DNA of 62,487 bases from a virus: positions 1 to 62,487 of the IMG/VR virus record IMGVR_UViG_3300045988_093152; one strand, given 5' to 3'. Below the pieces are notes generated by a model that saw nothing but the letters and a program-made list of their open reading frames with translations, did not search any database and was not told the origin of the DNA. Below, piece after piece: positions 51,511-58,629 of this stretch (position 1 is the stretch's first letter; each line of letters begins with the position of its first letter). A program made the translations under genes and the position numbers.

Positions 51511-51948
51511 TCACCTCTTAGTGTATTTTCGGATTGCATTATGCCCTGTTTTCCAGACAGTCGTGACACAGCCATTTTCGGGGTTCACGTTTACCGTAGC
51601 GTGCTGACCAATAAATCGTTGACTCGGCTGTCCCTTCTCATTATACCGCACCTTTATTGTATCAGAGTTTAGCGGCTTTTGCAACGCATCCAGCAATCCT
51701 TCCAGAGTCACCTGTCTGGTAGGGTCTTGGGTACGGTCCAGTGCATGAATTGATAGGCCTTTCACAAGGACACCATTTGAAGCATAAAACGGTTTTCTGA
51801 ATTTCCGAGCAGCTCTCGCTTCGATTGAATATCGGTCATGTGCGAGTTGCTCTTTTGTCCGCCGGACTCCCCATTTCATACCTTTAATGCCATAGTGATA
51901 AAGCTCATCTGGATTTCTCCATCTCCAGATGTTGGTATATTCGTGCAT
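51511..51948 (-). CDS. leader-motif protein with C-terminal RNase-toxin-like (DUF4258/BECR-like) domain
   Basis: N-terminus YHYGIKGMKWGVRR. C-terminus SIHALDRTQDPTRQVTLEGLLDAL...QRFIGQHATVNVNPENGCVTTVWKT resembles the H..R...R.I...V.V.....V.TV pattern of that toxin fold. Confidence 0.55.
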   Translation of the reverse strand: MHEYTNIWRWRNPDELYHYGIKGMKWGVRRTKEQLAHDRYSIEARAARKFRKPFYASNGVLVKGLSIHALDRTQDPTRQVTLEGLLDALQKPLNSDTIKVRYNEKGQPSQRFIGQHATVNVNPENGCVTTVWKTGHNAIRKYTKR

Positions 51949-52015
51949 GGTCAACCTTTCTTGATAATCCTTATATTTTATGATAAACTAAAGCTAAAAA
52001 ATGGGAGGCACTCTT

Positions 52016-52654
52016 ATGAAATTTCCACAAATATCACAAGAACAGGCTGCTTCTATTCTGGATGCCTGCTATGAAAAAGCACTTCATGGTGCCCCAGGGG
52101 CAAAAAGTTGTTCGCAGCTGGCAGAAGAATATCTCGAGAAATATCCAAACCCGATTACAGCAATAGATGAATTTGTGAAATGGCAGATTGGCAAATGCAC
52201 TACTTCCGGTTTTCTCACGAGCCTTGGTGGGATCATAACCTTACCCGTTACGCTTCCAGCCAATCTTGTAACTGTCTGGTATGTTCAATTACGGATGATT
52301 GGAACAATTGCAACCATTTCTGGTTGTGATCCATCAGATGATGACGTACAGGCACTCTCGTATATTTGCCTTGCTGGTGGCTCCGTATCTAAAATATGTA
52401 GAGAGGCAGGTGTTCAGTTCACCAATAAACTTACTGCATCTATGCTAAAAAGAATACCCGGAGCCGTCTTTACAAAAATCAACCAAAAAGTTGGTTTTCG
52501 ATTTGTTACAAAGGCCGGTTCAAAAGGGATTGTCAACATGGCAAAGCTCATACCTCTTGCAGGAGGTATCGTCGGCGGCGGAATTGATTATGTTGGCACC
52601 AAAGTAATGGCTGATCGGGCAATCAAGACATTCCTCTGGAAGAATTACGATTGA
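52016..52654 (+). CDS. EcsC-family protein (moron on the opposite strand)
   Basis: GGGAGG SD. SILDACYEKAL...FVKWQIGKCTTSGFLTSLGG...LVTVWYVQLRMIGTIA pattern recalled as EcsC. Confidence 0.55.
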   Translation: MKFPQISQEQAASILDACYEKALHGAPGAKSCSQLAEEYLEKYPNPITAIDEFVKWQIGKCTTSGFLTSLGGIITLPVTLPANLVTVWYVQLRMIGTIATISGCDPSDDDVQALSYICLAGGSVSKICREAGVQFTNKLTASMLKRIPGAVFTKINQKVGFRFVTKAGSKGIVNMAKLIPLAGGIVGGGIDYVGTKVMADRAIKTFLWKNYD

Positions 52655-52655
52655 T

Positions 52656-54401
52656 TCACTCAAACGCATCCCGGTTCTGTTTCCACGCCACGTAAGCGTC
52701 CATCATGGCAGCCACTGCATCGATCTTCTGATCCTGCCGCTGTTTGTAGAGCTTCCGGTTGCCATTGGTGTCCACCAGTGTAATGCAGTTGCCCATGGCA
52801 AATTGCATCAGCTGTTCGTCAAACAGCAGCTTCCGCTGTTCGCTCAGCTTTTTCAGCTCACCCAGCGGCACGCTTTCGGTCTTTGCACCCTGGATCACTT
52901 TCACAACGCCAAAGGTACTGTTTTCATCGCCCCAGCGCTTCACGAACTCCTGTGCGTTGTAGGGATCGTAGCCAAACGCCCGTACGTCGTACTCGTTCTC
53001 CATGATAAAGTTGTCCAGATCATCGTACACCTGCATCATGTCCAGGACCGTGCCGTCAAACACGAACAGGGTCCCTTCCCGCATAAACTCCTCATACTGC
53101 TGCCGTCTCGAAGCCGGAAGCTGGCTGAGGGTGTAGGATGTGATGTAGTCCCGCGTCTTGACCCCAAAATATCCATTGGACAGCGGAAACAGGAAGGTAA
53201 AGGCACAGAAGTCGTCGCCCATGGAAAGGTCCGCGCCCATGGCACAGGGCATCTGCCAGAAGCTTCTCTTCCTGTGGCATAGGGTCTCCTCGTAGGGGAA
53301 GAAATAGGTGTAGCCCTCCATAGGCAGATTGAAGCGCTTGGCCAGAATATCGTTTCGGGCGCTGGGGGATTTCTCCGCACGCTCCACGTCCAACTGGTAG
53401 GTCTCGTAGCTCACGGTCTTGCCCAGGTTCGGGTTGGCCTTCAGCCACATCTCCGGCTGGCCCACTTCCTCAATGGAGTCCAGCTTGTAGTACCAGATGG
53501 ACACATGGGGGTTGACGTACTCCCCTTTCAGGATGCTCATCAACTCCATTTTGATGTCGTCGCCGCAGCCGTTGCGCACCGTGCCCTCGGAGGAAGCCGC
53601 CACGATGAGATAATTCTCGTTCTTGGCTGCGCCCTGTTCAATGGCACCAATGGGGTCTTCCCGGATGTCGCAGGAGAGCCACTCGTCTACGGTCGCCACA
53701 GTGTCGCGCCGTCCTTGCAGCTTCTCAATGGTCATCGGGCGCACTTCCAGCAGGCTGTTGGTCAAAAAGTTCTCGATGCCCTTCTTGGTGGAAGCCATCT
53801 TCACCCGGTCTGCCTTGGAGCCGGTGGTGTTTTGCAGGCTGCCCTCTGTCATAAACTGGAACACCGGCCCCTTTGCCCGCGCCAATGCGGTGCGGAAGGG
53901 TGCCAGCACCTCCTCGGCCTGTTTCATGGTCGGGGCAGTGGTCAGCTGTTGGGTCGTGGTGGTGTACGCCGTCAGGAAGTAGGCCTGCAAAAACTCAAGG
54001 TACATGGTCTTCGCAGCCGATCGGGTAATGATGAGGTACTGCTTTGTCACCAGCCGCTTTTTCAGCCGCCGGGTCTCGTAGTGTCCACCGCCTCCGTGCT
54101 CATTCGGCACAAAGACGCTCCGCTCCACAAAGTAGTACCACCCGAAGATCTCTTCTGCCCATAGCTTAAAACTATCCAGCATCTTCACGTCGGTGCCGTC
54201 CGTCAGGGTCAGCTCGTCCTCGCAGAACGAAATAAAGCCGTTCACCGCTTTGTCGTCATAGTAGATGCCGGGGTTGGCGATCAGGTCGTCGATCCGCTCC
54301 ATCTCCATGGCGATTTCCCGGCAGACCGGTATTTCACCACGCATCACGGCCTCTCTGAAACGGCCGTAATAGATCGGCGTGGCCGTGTTCGAGAGTGCCA
54401 T
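52656..54401 (-). CDS. terL: terminase large subunit
   Basis: 581 aa. ATPase region ITRSAAKT, nuclease region GADLSMGDDFCAF and DAVAAMMDAY. AGGAGAATTGAAAATG start. Confidence 0.85.
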   Translation of the reverse strand: MALSNTATPIYYGRFREAVMRGEIPVCREIAMEMERIDDLIANPGIYYDDKAVNGFISFCEDELTLTDGTDVKMLDSFKLWAEEIFGWYYFVERSVFVPNEHGGGGHYETRRLKKRLVTKQYLIITRSAAKTMYLEFLQAYFLTAYTTTTQQLTTAPTMKQAEEVLAPFRTALARAKGPVFQFMTEGSLQNTTGSKADRVKMASTKKGIENFLTNSLLEVRPMTIEKLQGRRDTVATVDEWLSCDIREDPIGAIEQGAAKNENYLIVAASSEGTVRNGCGDDIKMELMSILKGEYVNPHVSIWYYKLDSIEEVGQPEMWLKANPNLGKTVSYETYQLDVERAEKSPSARNDILAKRFNLPMEGYTYFFPYEETLCHRKRSFWQMPCAMGADLSMGDDFCAFTFLFPLSNGYFGVKTRDYITSYTLSQLPASRRQQYEEFMREGTLFVFDGTVLDMMQVYDDLDNFIMENEYDVRAFGYDPYNAQEFVKRWGDENSTFGVVKVIQGAKTESVPLGELKKLSEQRKLLFDEQLMQFAMGNCITLVDTNGNRKLYKQRQDQKIDAVAAMMDAYVAWKQNRDAFE

Positions 54402-54434
54402 TTTCAATTCTCCTATTATAATAAGGTGGGAACC

Positions 54435-54707
54435 TTACGTTTTATCCTGAATCACTGTCCAGTATCTCGGCCAAGTGGTCATTTCCAAATATTCGAGCAG
54501 CCATTTAGGATCGCTCAAATCTCGTTCGATTCCATCCTCACGATGCACCACCAAATGCCCGTCGGCATTGATATACCAGTAATCTTTGTAGTCATGCCTA
54601 CCAGTTTCATCAACATAGTAGCAGTACATACAAATTTTCTTACCCGAAACCAATTGGCGATATGCTTCGGGCCATTCCATCAGGATGTTGCCTTCATGTT
54701 TCACCAT
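54435..54707 (-). CDS. hypothetical protein
   Basis: ORF track 54435..54746. An internal ATG at 54707 avoids the overlap. Confidence 0.45.
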   Translation of the reverse strand: MVKHEGNILMEWPEAYRQLVSGKKICMYCYYVDETGRHDYKDYWYINADGHLVVHREDGIERDLSDPKWLLEYLEMTTWPRYWTVIQDKT

Positions 54708-54711
54708 GTTG

Positions 54712-55062
54712 TCACGCTTCTTTCTCAAAATTATCGTGCTCCACATTCAGCCGCCATTCCATTTCCGCCACGGTGTTCTTCAGTGCTTCCATGGTAGTGC
54801 TGCTCTGTGGCGGGTCAAAGCCCAGCAGCCGTACCTTCACGGCCACGTAAGCCTTCACCGCTTCCACCTTCACCGGGTCGGCAACGAACTCCGTCCATTC
54901 GTTTTCTTTCCCGGAAATGGCATACCCTTCGCCGGGCCCCACGCCCATCTGCACCAGTGCAAACAGCGCCATGTTGATGTACATGATGATGTCCGCATCA
55001 AAGTCGGTGCACTCCTCGGCAATGCCCAGCAGCTTCTTCACGCTCATCAGGATCGAATTCAT
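54712..55062 (-). CDS. gp6-like head-tail connector protein, tentative
   Basis: VKKLLGIAEECTDFDADIIMYINMALFAL pattern typical of that family. Confidence 0.5.
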   Translation of the reverse strand: MNSILMSVKKLLGIAEECTDFDADIIMYINMALFALVQMGVGPGEGYAISGKENEWTEFVADPVKVEAVKAYVAVKVRLLGFDPPQSSTTMEALKNTVAEMEWRLNVEHDNFEKEA

Positions 55063-55655
55063 TTTGATTCCTCCTCGGCATCGCTGTCGCCACCCATAAT
55101 GTAGCTCATCATGGCGTAGTACCAGTCCTTCTGAGCCCTCGCCAGCAGTTCCAGTTCGGCCAAATGGTGGGACGCACCGTCCTTACCCATGGCCGCTTCT
55201 TTCTGTGCACTCTCCTCGACCAGCTTGGCCAGCCTCCCCGCATCTATCGCCACTTGACCAGGTTTCAGCAAAACGAGATCCCCCTCAGCACTCGGAGCAG
55301 CGTTTTGTGCGGTCACAGCATGATTCTCATCCCTCCGCGGGACAATCTTCATCCCATCAAGCGTAATATCCCCGGCCCGTGTTGCCCGCACCTGCTGCCC
55401 ATCCACATTCGTGGCCAAAGCATCGTCAAAGTCAAAGCCCTTGTTCCGCGGAGCAGCCGTATAGCCCTGCTGGAGCCCGGCTTCTGCAATGCCCACGTTC
55501 GCCCAGAGCAGTGCTTCGTCCAGCTTCGTCAGTGCCAGGCTCCTCGAATGACTCGGTGCAAGGTTCTGAATCATTGTTTCCGCTTCTTCCAGCTTCCGCC
55601 GCAGCCCCATGGCGTAGTCCTGCTCTCGCCGGTTAAATGCTTTTTTCTGGTACAT
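55059..55655 (-). CDS. hypothetical protein
   Basis: ORF track 55059..55670. ATG at 55655 lies 8 nt after GGAGG. Confidence 0.55.
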   Translation of the reverse strand: MYQKKAFNRREQDYAMGLRRKLEEAETMIQNLAPSHSRSLALTKLDEALLWANVGIAEAGLQQGYTAAPRNKGFDFDDALATNVDGQQVRATRAGDITLDGMKIVPRRDENHAVTAQNAAPSAEGDLVLLKPGQVAIDAGRLAKLVEESAQKEAAMGKDGASHHLAELELLARAQKDWYYAMMSYIMGGDSDAEEESK

Positions 55656-55756
55656 ACTCATTTCCTCCACTGGATATCAGACTTTCTTCTTTACATACAA
55701 CATACGGATTGATATACTTATCTCAAACGGTATTTCTTATACTTCGGAGGCAATAT

Positions 55757-56101
55757 ATGCAGTCTTACACCTGTCCAAACTGCGGCGCTCCTGTAAAAAT
55801 GGATGACCACGGTGCATTTCTCGAGTGTCCTTATTGCGGATCACAGTTCAAGCCCGATGATTCTTTATCTGATGAGCCAAGCAGTCGTCAAACGGATTCG
55901 GACGATGATAACGAAGAACTTCGCACCTATGCAGAAATAGTAAATCACCATATTCCAGAATTTTCGGTCACCGAATTTATCGATAGAGCCAAGCATATTC
56001 TCGAAAGAACTCTTGATTTTCTCGGTGATCACGGAATGTACATCCAAGTCGGTGTCGTTTTGCTTTTTGTCGCCTTAGCCATTGTCAGTTTCTTCTCGTA
56101 A
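55757..56101 (+). CDS. zinc-ribbon protein with C-terminal TM anchor (moron on the opposite strand)
   Basis: CGGAGG SD. CPNCG...CPYCG. TM segment VGVVLLFVALAIVSFF. Confidence 0.6.
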   Translation: MQSYTCPNCGAPVKMDDHGAFLECPYCGSQFKPDDSLSDEPSSRQTDSDDDNEELRTYAEIVNHHIPEFSVTEFIDRAKHILERTLDFLGDHGMYIQVGVVLLFVALAIVSFFS

Positions 56102-56102
56102 C

Positions 56103-56246
56103 TTATTCATGTTTTATCCATGGGCAGGTGTCGCCCGGTCTTCTTTCTCCGTCCGGCAGCTTCGGGCCCTTCCCCGTTCCGTAATGGATCACCTTGTGCG
56201 TTGCCGCCGAAACACAAATGGCGTTCTCCGGGTCAAGCAGCTTTTC
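56103..56246 (-). pseudogene. start-less remnant of an HNH endonuclease 3' end
   Basis: Encodes EKLLDPENAICVSAATHKVIHYGTG..PDGER.PGDTCPW, near-identical to the C-terminus of 56833..57291. No start codon; follows the GNAT stop directly in frame. Confidence 0.7.
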
Positions 56247-56282
56247 ACACTTGTCAGGATGTTTTCCATCTTGATTTTTTCC

Positions 56283-56831
56283 TTATTTATACTGATACTT
56301 AACCCATGGATCATCAGGGAGTACCGACGATTCGTCCAACTTAAATCCGGATTTCTCGGCGATTTTTATAGATCCAGCATTATCTTTTCTGGCCCACCAG
56401 ACAATTTGGTCGTATTCGTCTTTATGTGCGTCCAGCCATTTCATGCCTTTTTCGGCTACTTTTGAGCAATAGCCCTTGTTCCGATACTTACTTCCAGCTC
56501 TTGTTCCAATGGAGACCGCCACTCCTTTTTCATCACCAATGATGTCAAAAAAAGAAATAGGCACATCCCCTGATTTTTCAACAAAACGTTTTACGTATGC
56601 ATACCCATCCTCGGCTCTTTCCTGATAAACATCCCCATCAAGGTTGAGGAGTTCTCTGTCTTTTCGAGACATTGTTTTTACAATTTCGTTTACAGCATCC
56701 ATGTTTTTGTTTACATCCATGGCACGCTTCCGCGCTTTCCCCTCACTCGTCAATGTTCCATCCGGGTTCTGGAACCGGCGCACGCCCCACTTTTGGCCCT
56801 TGATGCCATGGTGATAAATATAATCGCTCAT
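56283..56831 (-). CDS. leader-motif protein with C-terminal GNAT acetyltransferase domain
   Basis: N-terminus YHHGIKGQKWGVRRFQNPDGTLTSEGKARKR. C-terminus YRNKGYCSKVAEKGMKWL...VWWARKDNAGSIKIAEKSGFK is GNAT-like. Confidence 0.6.
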   Translation of the reverse strand: MSDYIYHHGIKGQKWGVRRFQNPDGTLTSEGKARKRAMDVNKNMDAVNEIVKTMSRKDRELLNLDGDVYQERAEDGYAYVKRFVEKSGDVPISFFDIIGDEKGVAVSIGTRAGSKYRNKGYCSKVAEKGMKWLDAHKDEYDQIVWWARKDNAGSIKIAEKSGFKLDESSVLPDDPWVKYQYK

Positions 56832-56832
56832 T

Positions 56833-57291
56833 TTATTTCCTCCATGGGCAGGTGTCGCCCGGCTTCCGTTCACCATCCGGCATATTTTTATTTTGACCGG
56901 TGCCATAATGGATCACCTTGTGCGTTGCCGCCGAAACACAAATGGCGTTCTCCGGATCAAGCAGTTTTTCGCTGTGCTGGAGAACGTCATTTTTTGTTAT
57001 GGGGTTTATGTGGTGGATGGAGATCTTCGGTCGGATCGGCCTTCCGTCCCGCAGCACCCAGTCTGTGATCGGATGGTCTTTGCACCCCAGGTCGCATCCC
57101 ATGTCCCGGGCGATGATTCTGTCCCTGAACTGCCGCCACTCTCTCGATTGGTAGAAGTCCTGGTTCAGCCATCGGTCAAACCCGAAGGTGTCCTTCCCCA
57201 CCTCACCGTGCAGCTGTAAATATTCCAGCCGCTCTTCATAGGTCGGCAGGGTGCATAGTTCTGTGTAGCTTTTCATAAGCGCTTTCATCAC
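56833..57291 (-). CDS. HNH endonuclease (packaging-associated)
   Basis: ISIHHINPITKNDV...NAICVSAATHKVIH, located in the terminase region. Confidence 0.8.
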   Translation of the reverse strand: MMKALMKSYTELCTLPTYEERLEYLQLHGEVGKDTFGFDRWLNQDFYQSREWRQFRDRIIARDMGCDLGCKDHPITDWVLRDGRPIRPKISIHHINPITKNDVLQHSEKLLDPENAICVSAATHKVIHYGTGQNKNMPDGERKPGDTCPWRK

Positions 57292-57388
57292 TTTTATTAT
57301 TTACGGTAACCGCCAAACCATCCTTCAACGGCTCGCCTGACTGATACATAAGGTAACGCCATAATTGCTCGAGTTCATCTCGTGTCAT
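57236..57388 (-). CDS. hypothetical protein (50 aa)
   Basis: ATG at 57388 after GAGGTG. Confidence 0.4.
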   Translation of the reverse strand: MTRDELEQLWRYLMYQSGEPLKDGLAVTVNNKSDESAYEKLHRTMHPADL

Positions 57389-57398
57389 GTTCAACACC

Positions 57399-57584
57399 TC
57401 AAAAGACCCAGCCATCTGCCACAAATGCACCGAACAGCATAACACCTACTGTTCCGGAGATTGCACACATGAGAATCGTGTCGAATTTCCGGTTCACGCC
57501 GGTGTATTCAAGCGACAGGAAAACTTCCACCAGAAGAACCGGAATCATAGCAAACACCAGAATACGAAATACCTCAGCACTCAT
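57399..57584 (-). CDS. small two-TM membrane protein
   Basis: Hydrophobic 61-aa ORF. Confidence 0.45.
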   Translation of the reverse strand: MSAEVFRILVFAMIPVLLVEVFLSLEYTGVNRKFDTILMCAISGTVGVMLFGAFVADGWVF

Positions 57585-57918
57585 ACTCGTCATCCTCTCC
57601 CAGGCCGTTGTATTTCTTCATAGCAGCAATGGCCTTCTCGTACAGTTCCTCGGAGTGCTTTGCATTCTGGAGTGTCTCGGTCTTTGCCCGCAGCAGCTTG
57701 TTTTCCTCTTCCAGCTTTGTTTTCTCCAACTCGTTCTTAGAGGTCGCCAGCTTCAGAAAATGGGTCGTCTCAGCGCTGGATGCCGTACCTTCCAGCAGTC
57801 GTTTCTCAACCAGCTTCATCGCCAGGTTGATCATATAGTTTTCTTGTGCTTCCGGGGTTCTTGCAGGCCGCGAAGTTGCAGCCGACATTTCGCCCGGGGC
57901 AGACTTCTTAGGTTTCAT
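57574..57918 (-). CDS. putative terminase small subunit
   Basis: First gene after a 410-nt non-coding region. LLEGTASSAETTHFLKL followed by a coiled coil recalls TerS proteins of Firmicutes phages. Confidence 0.4.
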   Translation of the reverse strand: MKPKKSAPGEMSAATSRPARTPEAQENYMINLAMKLVEKRLLEGTASSAETTHFLKLATSKNELEKTKLEEENKLLRAKTETLQNAKHSEELYEKAIAAMKKYNGLGEDDEYEC

Positions 57919-58331
57919 TGCAATAACCTCGTTTCACATTCTTATTTTGCTTTTGCAAGGGTTCATGGGAGTCGCAGTAGTACCAGTTAAGCCTGTCTCA
58001 TTTGAAAGGAGAAGAAAAAGCAGATCATGCCCAATGGAGGTTGAACATCACGAAAGCCCTGAACCCAAACATATAGGAGGATACTACTCCCATGAGCCCT
58101 TGCAAAAACCGCCGAAGTCCCGGTCTACACCCCAGAACCTCGGCAATTTCCCATATGACTGTAAATCTTAACACCTGCTGTGGATACAGGCATCGAGAGT
58201 TTACACAAATATAATCGGCAGCTTTCACTGTCGGAGCCTTAAAGCCCAAATATCAATTTTCCCTCCGGGGAAATATCACAGACCGGCGCGATTTGAGAGG
58301 GGGTGCCGATTTTGAGACCCCTCCCTATGGT
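57919..58331. other. long non-coding region upstream of the packaging genes (candidate cos/pac or late control region)
   Basis: No SD-preceded ORF. G/C-rich hairpin GAGGGG...CCCCTC near 58290..58325. Confidence 0.3.
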
Positions 58332-58601
58332 TTACGCAGTTTGGCCTAGCGTATCTTCGTCAGATACATTGATTTTGAGCTTTTTGTAAATGTTTATTGG
58401 ATCAGCAGCAACAATCTTGTCGATTGCTTTCTCAATTTCATAGGCATTTTCGTTGTCCGTGAACTGAGAGGAGGTCTCGGCGATCCTCATAAGCAAACCA
58501 GAAGAGTTGTAGCCATGATCAACGTCATATTGGTACCACTTTTCAAACTCCTCATACGGACTGTACGGGTTGTCAAAGGTGGTAAGAAAGCATCGAACCA
58601 T
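58332..58601 (-). CDS. hypothetical protein
   Basis: 89-aa ORF, AAAGAGG SD. Confidence 0.55.
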   Translation of the reverse strand: MVRCFLTTFDNPYSPYEEFEKWYQYDVDHGYNSSGLLMRIAETSSQFTDNENAYEIEKAIDKIVAADPINIYKKLKINVSDEDTLGQTA

Positions 58602-58629
58602 AATTCAAAGCCTCTTTCTTGATGGATTG

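Noticed and set aside
58025-58249. 74-aa minus-strand ORF in the long non-coding block
   Set aside because: It has a TTG start without an SD and its sequence is not protein-like. It is kept only as part of the non-coding-region finding.
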